Sequence record: OR493421.1
Direction: 5' to 3' (one strand)
Length of the DNA stretch: 64,000 nucleotides
Part shown: piece after piece, positions 1 through 10,307 of the stretch
Position numbering within the stretch: position 1 is the stretch's first letter
Layout of the letters: every line of letters begins with the position of its first letter
Position numbers and translations under genes: made by a program
Notes under the pieces: generated by a model
Seen by the model: only the letters and a program-made list of their open reading frames with translations
What the model was told of the DNA's origin: nothing
Database searches by the model: none

Positions 1-121
1 TTTTATACCGCCCTACGTTATCAGGAGTACCTTCAATGTAACGATCTAATTTATTTTTATCTCCCTCGTATTCTTCTGCGAGAGACATGGACATGCCTTT
101 TTGAGTGTAAGGGGTAGACAT
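1..121 (-). CDS. 5' part of a hypothetical protein, runs off the window edge (MSTPYTQKGMSMSLAEEYEGDKNKLDRYIEG...)
   Basis: ATG at 121 preceded by AGAGGA RBS; frame open to position 1; not in ORF track. Confidence 0.6.
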   Translation of the reverse strand, partial: MSTPYTQKGMSMSLAEEYEGDKNKLDRYIEGTPDNVGRYK

Positions 122-142
122 AAATCCTCTCAAATGCAAAAT

Positions 143-174
143 AGGGAGGGGAGCCCCTAAGGACTCCCCTCTCT
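143..174 (-). terminator. intrinsic terminator hairpin after the 421-aa head protein gene
   Basis: AGGGAGGGGAG/CTCCCCTCTCT arms, short U-run on minus strand. Confidence 0.65.
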
Positions 175-199
175 TGATTTAAACAACCATCCCGAGGGA

Positions 200-1465
200 T
201 TACAGGCAAGCACGTACGTAGTCGAGTTCGCCGTTGGCGATAGCCAGGCCCAGACGGGTCGCAGAGGTCGTTACAGAGGACAGAGCGGTCTGAGCAGCTT
301 TCACTGCGTTAACTGCTTTACCCACGTCTTCGCCGTCTTTGGTATCAGCTGCTTTCAGCAGGCCGATGATACGATCGCGTTTAGCCGCGCCATACTGCGC
401 TTCAACTTTAGAAGAAGCGATGGAGTCAACCAGAGCGTTGGCGTCGCTGATGTATTTTTTCAGGGCGTCTTTGCCATCGGTGACTTTGTGTTCGCCAGAG
501 GTTTTACCGCCGGAAACTTTCCAGGAGATGCGGATAGCTTTAGCAGCTTTCGCAACATCTTCGAAGGTTTCGACTTTACCAGCGTAATAACCGACCGCGA
601 TGGTCAGGCCACGCCACTGGTGAGCAGCAACGGCTTTGTCGCCGCCAGCTTTCTTAGCCGGCCCGAAAACAGAGTCCAGGCCAGCTGCTGCAGAGCTCAG
701 TTCTTTAACCGGACCTGCCAGCGCGGCGGCGTTACCCGGAGAAGACAGCAGAGCTTCAGAACCCGCTACCACTTTACCGGCAGCGCCGATCAGAGTGGAC
801 AGGCCGGTTGCAGATTTAGGCTGACCTTCGCCAACGCCGACAAACGCGTTCCATTTGCCCAGCTTGATGGTTTCTTTCAGTTTTTCGGTTTTTTCCAGGC
901 GTGCTGCAACAGCTTTCGCTTTGTTCTTAACCGCAGTGGCTTTGGAGAACAGGCCTTTGATGAAAGCGATCAGGCTATCCCAGATTTTCTTGATGAAAGC
1001 GATCGCCTGAGAGCCCCATTTTTTCACGGTGGCGCCCATGGCTTCCAGGCCTTCGCGAGCAGACAGTTCAGCGGTAGTCGCATCGAGAAGAGATTCCGCA
1101 CCCATAACCGGGACAGCGGTATCGCTCATTTTGGCGTTCAGTTTTTCACCGCGGGCGTACAGCAGGGCGAACGCAGCAGGGTTCCACTGGGTACCCGGTT
1201 GCAGGAGGGCTTCGGCGCCTTCAACGACTTCTTGCAGTTCTTCAACCTGCTCTTCCAGTTCTTCAACTTTGTCGCACAGGTCTTCAACGTCATCGGCGTG
1301 TTCTTCCAGTTCTCCGGAAGTTTCAGCGAGGACGTTTTCAGCAGCCATTTCAGCGATTTCTTCGGCCGACTCAGGAACGATTACAGCGGTATCGCCATTA
1401 CCCAGTTCGATTTCCAGGTTTTCGTTGCCCTGACGAGCCAGCAGATCCAGTAACAATTTACTCAT
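200..1465 (-). CDS. abundant internal head/ejection protein, phiKZ gp93 / SPN3US gp53-54 paralogue family
   Basis: Acidic N-terminal propeptide with many A/G-x-E sites (EGAEA, MGAES, REGLE), then amphipathic 'KKWGSQAIAFIKKIWDSLIAFIK' helix; strong codon bias; family by recall and synteny. Confidence 0.75.
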   Translation of the reverse strand: MSKLLLDLLARQGNENLEIELGNGDTAVIVPESAEEIAEMAAENVLAETSGELEEHADDVEDLCDKVEELEEQVEELQEVVEGAEALLQPGTQWNPAAFALLYARGEKLNAKMSDTAVPVMGAESLLDATTAELSAREGLEAMGATVKKWGSQAIAFIKKIWDSLIAFIKGLFSKATAVKNKAKAVAARLEKTEKLKETIKLGKWNAFVGVGEGQPKSATGLSTLIGAAGKVVAGSEALLSSPGNAAALAGPVKELSSAAAGLDSVFGPAKKAGGDKAVAAHQWRGLTIAVGYYAGKVETFEDVAKAAKAIRISWKVSGGKTSGEHKVTDGKDALKKYISDANALVDSIASSKVEAQYGAAKRDRIIGLLKAADTKDGEDVGKAVNAVKAAQTALSSVTTSATRLGLAIANGELDYVRACL

Positions 1466-1502
1466 TCTTTAAATCCTCTAGAGAGATTTGATGTAAAACT
1501 TA

Positions 1503-2477
1503 TTAATTAAGAAGTTTGTTGACGGACCCTAACACATCCTGGATATACTTATCCGTGTATCCAATAAGACGAGGGAGTAATCCGCTATACAATTGCATAA
1601 TGTTGACGTTACCATCAAGCATTCTTTCGAGCTGCTTAGAGACGGACTCACTCAGGTTATCTTCTCTTTCGAGATGAGGGTACGCTGATTTCACCGCACT
1701 AGCCCAGTTCTTAACAAAAGTATTGTACTCGTACATATACTTGATTAAGCGCTGTAAATGATCGTTGACACCATTAACCGCTCGTAACCATCCAACCGTA
1801 TCTAATTGAGCAGGATAAGGTTGGGCTTCGCCGTGGGGCTTTTTACCAGACATAGAATAAACATGACGTTTATCATCGTAGGTTAAAATCTTCCCTCCGG
1901 GCAAGGGGTGTGAAGAGGCTATAAAATTAGCATGAATAGGTAGCTGTAAGGGAGGATAAGATAACTTATCGTATTTCTGAATCAAAGCCACGCCCTGATC
2001 GTTAGTACGAACGTTCCCAATATCCTTTACGTAACCCAGTTGCTGTTTCAGGTATGCATCGACGTCATTGAGATGACGAACCAACAAATCCAGTGTTTGA
2101 CTGAGGGCCCGAGTATCCTCGATAACCGTACCCAGGTCACCCTCTGAGGTCACGTTGTTGACAAAGGACGCTGGAAGAACAACCTCTTCTTTGAGCTCTC
2201 GTTTAGGGACATCCCTGGATAAGACAGAGATAGCCTGACGATTAGTCCCAAACTTCACCATGGCCTTACGAGTACCAACAGTAAAGAGATTGTTCAACTC
2301 ACTTATGCCTTTTCCAGCCAACACAGCGGTCCGGGATAAAACGTTTGTACCGATAAGCTTAACGTCGTCAAATAAGGTTTCGTTTCCCGTAACGACGTTA
2401 AACTGATTCAACGCATCCATCAGATCCTGATGTTGGTCCTGCGCCTTTTTAGAAAGCATAATGCGCTCTAGCGACAT
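1503..2477 (-). CDS. virion head protein paralogue
   Basis: 324-aa ORF, VTGNETLF processing-type motif, in head-gene run. Confidence 0.6.
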   Translation of the reverse strand: MSLERIMLSKKAQDQHQDLMDALNQFNVVTGNETLFDDVKLIGTNVLSRTAVLAGKGISELNNLFTVGTRKAMVKFGTNRQAISVLSRDVPKRELKEEVVLPASFVNNVTSEGDLGTVIEDTRALSQTLDLLVRHLNDVDAYLKQQLGYVKDIGNVRTNDQGVALIQKYDKLSYPPLQLPIHANFIASSHPLPGGKILTYDDKRHVYSMSGKKPHGEAQPYPAQLDTVGWLRAVNGVNDHLQRLIKYMYEYNTFVKNWASAVKSAYPHLEREDNLSESVSKQLERMLDGNVNIMQLYSGLLPRLIGYTDKYIQDVLGSVNKLLN

Positions 2478-2485
2478 GATACCTC

Positions 2486-3796
2486 CTATTCGCCGTCTAT
2501 GCTACGTTCAGCAATGTTCAACAGTCCGTTGATAAGCAGGGTGAGATATTCCACCACAGCTACCCGGTTGTTCAGCATCTCTTTATTATATTTCAAAGCG
2601 AGCTGTTCGAAATACCTGACGACGGTAGACTTGAGTTTGTCATCCCAGTTGTTATCAGAAATGACATTAATCATTTCCAAATAATCCTTTCCTTCCACCG
2701 AATACTGATCGCCTTCGCTGAACAGGCTTTCTGTTTTATCAAGGATACCTGAACAGAGTTTAAGAATAACCTTGATTTCTAAAGTAGAGAGACTGGAGAT
2801 CTCAATATCTTTATTCAATTCAACTTTTTCGGTGGCGACGAACTTAACGTATTCGTTTTCAAGGATCTGGGTGAAGTACCGGGAGAGTTCTTCCAGAGAC
2901 TCAAGCTGCTTTGGTTTCTTCTCATACACCGCGTTAAGGAAACGACGGCCGCCCATAAGTTCCACCGACTGCATTACCTTCACACCGTCCTTAGAAAGCT
3001 CCCGGTTGGGATATAAACATTCCTTAAAGGTGTAATGGCTGATCATGCTCGGCATGGACAAAAGACGTTCGATAGCACGGTCTTCTTCGAGATGGGAGAA
3101 CCCGCCGAAATAAGAAAGAAGTTCGTTGATAGAACTGCGGTTATTTTTGTAGTAGTTCGACATAAGCGCGGAAATGGATTTATCTACTCGCTCAAGTTGT
3201 GCTCCCCACTGCTCTTTAACCACGCCATCAACCAGGAAAAGCCGAGGATTACGATCAAGTTTAATTTTAAACTGACCGTGAACTAAAGGACCTGGGGCTT
3301 TACTCAACTTCTCTTCTACTAAGAGAATTCTTCTCGCCAAAGAACGATTAGATTCCTTAATGAGGATATAGCGGTCCCTAATGCTCTCAGACGCCGCTAT
3401 CAGCATTTTCTTAGCCTTCGATAAGGCATCGCCAATAAAAGACTCACAGCCGGCTATACGGCTTTGGAGATAGACCGAAGGCATCAGGGTTCTTCCCAAT
3501 GCTTCCGCACCTAAAACGTCGGCTGACGTCTTATTAATGACGTCCATCACCCCAATACGGTTTAACTGTTTATCAATGGCTGAACCAAAAGAAACGGTTA
3601 CCGCGGTGGGGTTAACGTTCTGAAGCATTTCTTTTATAACCAAAGCCCTGTCAGCCGACTCAGAAAGTCGATCAGCAAATTCGGCCATCTGGTTGGATTC
3701 CTCGGCGGCTTCGATTAACTCGGAAGAGTGAGTAATGGAAATCTCCGAAAGTTCTTTTGAAATCTTATCGACATCAGACATCGCCGGTTTCCCCAC
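2486..3796 (-). CDS. virion head protein paralogue (likely start 3781)
   Basis: 436-aa ORF, acidic N-terminus, LGAEA and IAGCESF motifs followed by amphipathic helix. Confidence 0.6.
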   Translation of the reverse strand: MGKPAMSDVDKISKELSEISITHSSELIEAAEESNQMAEFADRLSESADRALVIKEMLQNVNPTAVTVSFGSAIDKQLNRIGVMDVINKTSADVLGAEALGRTLMPSVYLQSRIAGCESFIGDALSKAKKMLIAASESIRDRYILIKESNRSLARRILLVEEKLSKAPGPLVHGQFKIKLDRNPRLFLVDGVVKEQWGAQLERVDKSISALMSNYYKNNRSSINELLSYFGGFSHLEEDRAIERLLSMPSMISHYTFKECLYPNRELSKDGVKVMQSVELMGGRRFLNAVYEKKPKQLESLEELSRYFTQILENEYVKFVATEKVELNKDIEISSLSTLEIKVILKLCSGILDKTESLFSEGDQYSVEGKDYLEMINVISDNNWDDKLKSTVVRYFEQLALKYNKEMLNNRVAVVEYLTLLINGLLNIAERSIDGE

Positions 3797-4289
3797 TTAA
3801 CGTCAGCATTAAACAAACTAATGCCTGCAAGCCGATACCTTCTACCAAACTGTAGAAATCGTTAGGTAAGACATTGTTCAGGGCATCATGCCATTTTTCA
3901 TTTCTTTTGGCAGGGGCGGGGAGATAAGGTTTAGCCTCTCCACCGATGCGTTTCAGATGTCTGACCTTGATCTGGTCCATCCGGATGCCTTCTACGACCA
4001 ACTGACCAGTCAGCTCACCAGAAAGAAAACCCAGGATTCGACGAACCATATCTGATCGCAGCCCGACGCCATCGTTGTAGTTAGCCGCCAGCCAAGCACG
4101 GAAGTCATTAGCCATCAGCGTGTTGACATTCCGAAACACTTCCTGAATGTTCTTAGGCGCAATGCCGAATTCGAAATCTTGGCCCGCATTTCTGAGATAG
4201 AGTTTTAATAGATCGTTAACAGCGGTAAGGGAGGGATCTAAAAGATCAGCACTCACCATACCGTATTTGCTCGAACGGTAATTCGGCAT
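3774..4289 (-). CDS. hypothetical, probably virion protein
   Basis: 171-aa ORF with GGAG RBS, coupled to neighbours. Confidence 0.6.
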   Translation of the reverse strand: MPNYRSSKYGMVSADLLDPSLTAVNDLLKLYLRNAGQDFEFGIAPKNIQEVFRNVNTLMANDFRAWLAANYNDGVGLRSDMVRRILGFLSGELTGQLVVEGIRMDQIKVRHLKRIGGEAKPYLPAPAKRNEKWHDALNNVLPNDFYSLVEGIGLQALVCLMLTLSGETGDV

Positions 4290-4300
4290 AATGAACTCCC

Positions 4301-5176
4301 TTACACCTGATAACTTTCAACGATATCTTCGATTTTAGCCTTAGCCTTGATGATGTCGTTTTGGTAGATTTCAATCTGACGATCCAAGTGAGGATCGTTG
4401 CTACCATTACGTTTGTTCATCAGCTGCTCAAGTTTCATCGAGTGAATTTCGATGCGCTTCTGATTAGCTTTGATACGACCGAGATCGATATTTTTCTTAA
4501 TATCGAGAATCCAGTAGGCCGGCAGAACGGTATGAATTCCGAACCCTCTCATCGCGTTAACAGCATCACGACCTTTGGCGTTCTGAACAATATCCACGCT
4601 ATCCTGATCCGCCGGTACGTCAGAGAGTTTCTCTAAACGACGAACGATCTGGTCGGGCTCAGCCATGAACTGAACCGAGAGATCGGAATAATAAGACCAA
4701 GTCTTATTAAGGAAAGTCAGGTCGGCTTTATTAATTCCGCGCTCATCTTCTTTGCCTTCCAGCGCAAAAGAAGAAAGGACTTCTACCAGGTCCAGAGTGT
4801 AACCTGTCCAAAAACCAATGTTATCCAGGATGATCAGGATATTGGTTTCTTTGATGGTCAGGGTTGTTCCGTCAATGGTATCGTCGATGCCTTTGGCCTG
4901 TTGTTCCAGACGAGACAGGATGAACTCGATCCCTTTAATCGAATCGACAAAAATGTCGGTCATGGTAGGATTAGTTACCCGACGGCCAACGTCTTTGAGG
5001 ATCCCTTTGGTCAGTGCCCAGCGCTGAGCGTACTGGTCGTATCCGACGTCGTTACTGGCGTTGAGGGTGAGCATGTTTTTGATCGTGTTCACCATGCCTT
5101 TCTGTAACGCGATTGTATCGTAGACGTCTTTCTTTTTAAGCGACTTTACGCCTTTAGCGTATTTCACCAGATCCAT
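4301..5176 (-). CDS. virion structural protein (phiKZ gp90-like by position)
   Basis: 291-aa ORF, stop/start overlap with upstream gene, C-terminal coiled coil; synteny only. Confidence 0.55.
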   Translation of the reverse strand: MDLVKYAKGVKSLKKKDVYDTIALQKGMVNTIKNMLTLNASNDVGYDQYAQRWALTKGILKDVGRRVTNPTMTDIFVDSIKGIEFILSRLEQQAKGIDDTIDGTTLTIKETNILIILDNIGFWTGYTLDLVEVLSSFALEGKEDERGINKADLTFLNKTWSYYSDLSVQFMAEPDQIVRRLEKLSDVPADQDSVDIVQNAKGRDAVNAMRGFGIHTVLPAYWILDIKKNIDLGRIKANQKRIEIHSMKLEQLMNKRNGSNDPHLDRQIEIYQNDIIKAKAKIEDIVESYQV

Positions 5177-6291
5177 TATACACCACCGTTAAAGAGTTTA
5201 AGCAAATCTTGCAGACTGTTAGAAGAGGTATCTTTAGCAGCCTTCACTTTGATTTCTGAACGCGTGTACACTTCCGGCATATCCTGCCCATGAGTGTAGA
5301 ACGTAAATATGCCGCGGCCTTCGTTAACCACCACAATGGTGTTGGCAACAGTTTTGCTGAAAATACGGTCGCGGGAAGAGGCGTTGGAGAAACGTAAACC
5401 GATTTCGAGTTCGATCTGACGAGCGGTATCAGAAGACATAACGAAAACGTTGGCCATGGTGTTCATGGAAGCTTCGCCAGTGCGAATAGCTTCGGCACGG
5501 TTACGAGTGGCTCGTTTTTGGGCTTCTTCGTAGTACCCGGTCAAATCGTTCTTACGAACGGCGAATTCTTTCTTAACCAGATCGCTACCGGTAAGGAACT
5601 CGGCAGGTGTGATTTCGCCTGTTTTGAGCATCATGATACGCATGCGCAGGCCGTCTTCGGGCTTGGCTACCTGGAATACGTTCTCAAGCTGTTTGGTATC
5701 CGCAGGAACCGGGACCTGGCGGAATACCAGTGGGAACGTGTTGCGTTTACCATCGATGATAACTTCGGCGCCAACGACTTTACCCAGAGCGAGCGGGGAA
5801 TATTCGTTGAGGGTATTTTGAAGTTTAGTGTCGATCATCACACCGTCTTTATCTTTAACGGTAACCAGATCGGCTTCGGTCCCAGCCACCGGTGGAAGAA
5901 TGTTGGTTCCACCAAAAGACTCAGCGCCCATCAGCGAAAGGAAACCAGAACGGGATGGGTTAATGCCTTCGATCAGTTTAGCGATCTTAACTCCGCCAAC
6001 TTCACCCTGCAAACTCAGGTGGGTCAGGACGTTCATGATGTCGCGTAATTGTATGATCGTTAAAAGTTCATTCATATATTCTTGGTGGAGGAGCGGTCGC
6101 TCCACCACAACCATCGGGTTGATAATGGCGCGTTGCGCTGACTTAGCCGCGGAACTCGTGCTAACGATTCCGGCCACACTACCCAATTTATCAATGACCT
6201 TTTTGCTCTCATCGTAGTTTTTGTTGTCAGGATTAAGCATCTTAGCTAGGCTGATAATAGCGGATGCCCAGGACAGCACAGCGGTGATCAT
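5176..6291 (-). CDS. virion head/inner-body protein (phiKZ gp89-like by position)
   Basis: ORF track 5176-6384; AGAGGA RBS supports start at 6291 (MITAVLSW); MGAES and VAGTEA motifs. Confidence 0.55.
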   Translation of the reverse strand: MITAVLSWASAIISLAKMLNPDNKNYDESKKVIDKLGSVAGIVSTSSAAKSAQRAIINPMVVVERPLLHQEYMNELLTIIQLRDIMNVLTHLSLQGEVGGVKIAKLIEGINPSRSGFLSLMGAESFGGTNILPPVAGTEADLVTVKDKDGVMIDTKLQNTLNEYSPLALGKVVGAEVIIDGKRNTFPLVFRQVPVPADTKQLENVFQVAKPEDGLRMRIMMLKTGEITPAEFLTGSDLVKKEFAVRKNDLTGYYEEAQKRATRNRAEAIRTGEASMNTMANVFVMSSDTARQIELEIGLRFSNASSRDRIFSKTVANTIVVVNEGRGIFTFYTHGQDMPEVYTRSEIKVKAAKDTSSNSLQDLLKLFNGGV

Positions 6292-6319
6292 AGTCGTTCC
6301 TCTTTTTTGGAAATAAATA

Positions 6320-7354
6320 ATGGATATTAAATTCAATAGTTCCGAGAACTTCACTGGAGAAGCCCTAACGGACAGGTTGAGCATCTTTGATGATGTGTTT
6401 ACAGCAAATGGAGGTTCCTCCTATACATCACCCCTCGCAAATACTTTAAAGGGAATCCGTATTCTGGGACCAGGCGTACAGATGACGCCTATTGCAGACA
6501 ACGTCATAGGATTATTTTTCGTCACGCGGCCTGTTTTAAATCTCGAAGACGATAACGTTGTAAAATCTCCTCGATTCGCCCCTTTCTATAAAGCACAAAC
6601 TGATAGCCTTCCTGCTTATGTCAGGGGGTTATTGGATTATCGCTCAGCTAACCTTTATCCGCATCCGGATCTCGACAATAAATTGGCCTGGATAGCGCCG
6701 CTGACTAACTTGTGTAAAGCCAGTAACGGGTTCCCCGATTTAGATTTAGAAGTCAGGAAAAGCAATCCAGGAATTCGTAACGAGGTCCATCAGGCCCCCG
6801 TTGGTATTTTGGATGAGAACGGACCACTGACGATCAATACGACGTTCTATAATCCAAAACCAGGTATTATTCCCTATATCTTCCAAACTTGGGAAAGCTA
6901 TATTCCCGAAGTGAGATTAGGCGATAATGAGATGGAGCCTTCTCTTGAGGCGCTGGCTGGTAACTACTGGGATTTCGACTGTCGCATCTATCATTTCATT
7001 ATGAACAAAAACTTAAGAAATATAGAAAGCATGTACATGACAGTTCAATCCATCCCCGTAACCTACCCCATGGGTGCTATGTCGGCGATTGATAACGAGA
7101 GTACTGTCAGACGCGGTCAAGGGCAAGATGAACTGACAATTCAGTTCAGTAGTGTTGGGGCGAGGTTTGACACGTTTGAGGTAGTGGACGGATTTAATGG
7201 CGCTACCGTATTCTTTAATCCTAACATGGGTGATGATCAGCGTTCCTCTTACTATCGTCAAATACAACCCAGTGAATTCTTAGAAAAACAATACAACGTT
7301 TATCCTTGGATAAACCTAAGTACCATGGAATTAGAATGGTGGACTGCTAAATGA
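6320..7354 (+). CDS. virion protein, possibly baseplate/tube-initiator type
   Basis: 344-aa ORF overlapping start of the baseplate-like gene (ATGA); beta-rich; function is inference. Confidence 0.5.
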   Translation: MDIKFNSSENFTGEALTDRLSIFDDVFTANGGSSYTSPLANTLKGIRILGPGVQMTPIADNVIGLFFVTRPVLNLEDDNVVKSPRFAPFYKAQTDSLPAYVRGLLDYRSANLYPHPDLDNKLAWIAPLTNLCKASNGFPDLDLEVRKSNPGIRNEVHQAPVGILDENGPLTINTTFYNPKPGIIPYIFQTWESYIPEVRLGDNEMEPSLEALAGNYWDFDCRIYHFIMNKNLRNIESMYMTVQSIPVTYPMGAMSAIDNESTVRRGQGQDELTIQFSSVGARFDTFEVVDGFNGATVFFNPNMGDDQRSSYYRQIQPSEFLEKQYNVYPWINLSTMELEWWTAK

Positions 7355-10266
7355 GTTATTCCTACTCCGACTTAGAAAAAATATCGAATAACCCCACTCG
7401 AGTTATTCCTAACGTACTCTCCATGATCGAAGATGCATGGTCAGGTAAAAACATTGCCTTTAATAGCCCCACGCATCCATTTATCACGGCTATGGATATG
7501 ATCGTGGGTGAGGCGTATACACTGCTGAGTCGTCATAGTGACGCAGCTGCTCAGATGTATAAAAACCAGGCGAGGAACATGTCCGACCTCAGCCGTAATC
7601 TATCTGACGAAGAATGGTACGGTTTGCTCGGTGTTCCTAGCAGTACAACGATGGCTTATCTTATTCCAGTGAGTGAGATAAAACGTTTGGCCGTTGACTA
7701 CCAGGAAGAAGATGGCGCGGTAGTAAACAAATATCGCAAACTGTTAGTTCCTAAAGATACTCGAATCCTGGTTAACTCTACTTACTTCAGTATTGAAAAC
7801 GGTTTCGAAATTCGTTTAATGGAACACGGCGGTCATAGCGTTGTTTATGATTCAACTGTCAACAATCCGCTCAATCCAATTTCAGAGAACGTACTGGATA
7901 CCGACTACGTTGTTATCAGCAACGTTAAGTTCCTCCGTATCCTCGTTCCTGTTCGTCAATTGAACAACACGCCTAAGTTCAATATCGCGACAACGGCAGC
8001 CTCCGGCTTGGCTAAAGACACCTTTTATTTCAGTAACTATCTTTACGCCATCCGTGCCTTTATCACTTATTCAGACGGCAGTACTGCCGAGATGGCTATT
8101 AGCTACAACAAAGCCAACTTCGATACGACTGTACCGACTTTGGTTATCTCCCTGGATAATGATAACGGTTCGTTTACCTATGAAGTTCCGGTTGCGTATA
8201 TAACGAGCGGGTTGGGTGTAGGTAAGATCGCGTTGTACGTTTATACAACCGTCGGTTATTACGAGCAGGATCTCAAAACGATCAGTGTTGCAGATCACAC
8301 ACCGGAATATCTCGACTATAATTACGACAACAACCAATTGGGCGTGTACTCCTCGCCATTGTTGAGTGCGAATAACCAAGCCTGGATTACTGTCAACGCT
8401 GTAACCGGCGGAGCCAATCCTCGTAGTTTTGAAAGTGTTCGTCGAGCGAGCATCTACGGCAACCGCCGGGATAGTTTACCGATTACCCCTAATCAATATT
8501 CTTACAATATTGAAGACCGTGGTTACGACGAAGTACTTTCCATTGATTACATCACCAATCGCTTGTACAAGGCATCCAGAGATCTTCCCGCTCAGTCTAA
8601 TAAAGACGGGATGGTTTCTAGCATGAACACCTACATCGGATCGATTCTGCAAAGTGCCGAAGATCTGGTAGCGACAGGAATGGTGTTTGACAATGGCGAG
8701 CGGATCACTATACCGAGCAAGACGGTATTTGATATTTCGAAAACAACCACCAGGATAGTTCCATTAACAGAACTAACCGCCATCCAGAATTCTGGGTTTG
8801 AAGCTATTTCCAACTATGTCAATGGGAATGCGTTGGTTTACACTCCGTTCCATTACGTCATGGATCTTACCGACAATCAAGCGTCGTTAAGAATGTACCG
8901 GATGGATTCTCCTACCGGCAACTACCAGAGATTCTTATACGAGAACGCCAACCTGGGGATAGAGCTCGGTGTATCGAGCATCAACATCTCCGTAACGAAA
9001 ACAGGTTACGTGTTTACCCTTGTTTGTAAGTCGGGTAAAGAGTACAAGGCCCTTGAAGACAGTGAAGTCGGAGCGCAACTCTGTTTCACTCCCGCTAACG
9101 CGGCGGCGCTTGCATCTGTTAAAGGTGAGTTGGTAGGAACCAACAGTTCCGGTGAAAGGATTTGGCAGTTTGTATTATCGAGCAACTTTGATATCGATAA
9201 TAACGATTTGCTTTATCTCAACAACCTGACTCAGTACGACGCGGACGCAAATAATATCCCAAGTAGTCTGACTAACGCATTCAGTTTCCTTCTGTTAAAA
9301 ACTACTGATGATGCAACGAACAGATCAGATAGCGACAACAAAATCGCCTCTAGTCTTTTCTCTGCTGATATGCAAGCGATTATCGAAACGCAGTGGAACA
9401 TTACTCTGGGGCAGAGCCTCGATTACATGTACACTCGTATCCGACCGATCACTGGCGACGCACGTTATCAGAAGTACACTTATAACGTTCCGGATACTTA
9501 TGATAAAGATTATCCTCAGCGTGATGCCGAAGGGAAACTGGTTTTAGGTGATGATGGTCTTCCGATCTTCTTGCATAAGAAAGGCGACCCTATTCTGGAT
9601 GCTCAAGGTAATCCGACGTACAAATATCTCATCGGCGATTTTGTTAAAGACGCCGACGGTAACAACGTGGAAGTTGAACCTAGGAAGCTGCAGTATAACT
9701 TCGACTTCTTAGGGTTTGATGGTTCTTACTTCTTCACGACTGATACCTACGATAAGGATTTCGATGAGTCAACCAAAACCTATCTGACTGATAACATCAA
9801 GCAAGATATGACGGCGATTAACAATCGAAGCCTGGACGAAACCAAAGTTAAGTTTCTTCCCAAAGCTAAGATCGGCAATATCGACGTTATCATCAACGCT
9901 GATATTGAAACGACGATCAGAAGTGATCTCAGTTTCTCCATTACAGTTTACTTAACTAAAAATGGGTATGAGTCAGATGCGCTGCAAACCAGTCTCGCTA
10001 ATGCATATCCTGAGACCATCAACGATATGCTGGCTAACTCAACCATTTCTAACTCCAGCCTTATCTCCGCACTTAAAGATATTTCTGGCGACGACGTGGT
10101 TGATATAAAACTGGAGTCGTTTGCAGGTTCTACCAGCATTGACGTTATTAGTAACAAAGATGCAACGACCGGGTTCAGTATTCGTAAAGTGTTGAACAAC
10201 AACAATAACACGTTGTTGACAATTGCTGAAGATATTACTTTAAACTTTAAATTGCATAAATCCTAA
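7351..10266 (+). CDS. baseplate wedge protein, T4 gp6/Baseplate-J-like
   Basis: 971 aa; 'AVTGGANPRSFESVRRA' resembles the GGxDxES..R motif of Baseplate J/gp6 proteins. Confidence 0.6.
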   Translation: MSYSYSDLEKISNNPTRVIPNVLSMIEDAWSGKNIAFNSPTHPFITAMDMIVGEAYTLLSRHSDAAAQMYKNQARNMSDLSRNLSDEEWYGLLGVPSSTTMAYLIPVSEIKRLAVDYQEEDGAVVNKYRKLLVPKDTRILVNSTYFSIENGFEIRLMEHGGHSVVYDSTVNNPLNPISENVLDTDYVVISNVKFLRILVPVRQLNNTPKFNIATTAASGLAKDTFYFSNYLYAIRAFITYSDGSTAEMAISYNKANFDTTVPTLVISLDNDNGSFTYEVPVAYITSGLGVGKIALYVYTTVGYYEQDLKTISVADHTPEYLDYNYDNNQLGVYSSPLLSANNQAWITVNAVTGGANPRSFESVRRASIYGNRRDSLPITPNQYSYNIEDRGYDEVLSIDYITNRLYKASRDLPAQSNKDGMVSSMNTYIGSILQSAEDLVATGMVFDNGERITIPSKTVFDISKTTTRIVPLTELTAIQNSGFEAISNYVNGNALVYTPFHYVMDLTDNQASLRMYRMDSPTGNYQRFLYENANLGIELGVSSINISVTKTGYVFTLVCKSGKEYKALEDSEVGAQLCFTPANAAALASVKGELVGTNSSGERIWQFVLSSNFDIDNNDLLYLNNLTQYDADANNIPSSLTNAFSFLLLKTTDDATNRSDSDNKIASSLFSADMQAIIETQWNITLGQSLDYMYTRIRPITGDARYQKYTYNVPDTYDKDYPQRDAEGKLVLGDDGLPIFLHKKGDPILDAQGNPTYKYLIGDFVKDADGNNVEVEPRKLQYNFDFLGFDGSYFFTTDTYDKDFDESTKTYLTDNIKQDMTAINNRSLDETKVKFLPKAKIGNIDVIINADIETTIRSDLSFSITVYLTKNGYESDALQTSLANAYPETINDMLANSTISNSSLISALKDISGDDVVDIKLESFAGSTSIDVISNKDATTGFSIRKVLNNNNNTLLTIAEDITLNFKLHKS

Positions 10267-10268
10267 AC

Positions 10269-10302
10269 AATACTCCTCCTACCCTAGGGTAGGAGGAGTA
10301 TT
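10269..10302. terminator. bidirectional terminator, 34-bp perfect palindrome between convergent genes
   Basis: AATACTCCTCCTACCCTAGGGTAGGAGGAGTATT. Confidence 0.8.
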
Positions 10303-10307
10303 TAACA

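Noticed and set aside
488-1453. Long plus-strand ORFs antisense to the head gene
   Set aside because: Shadow frames caused by strong codon bias of a highly expressed gene; no RBS, unnatural composition.
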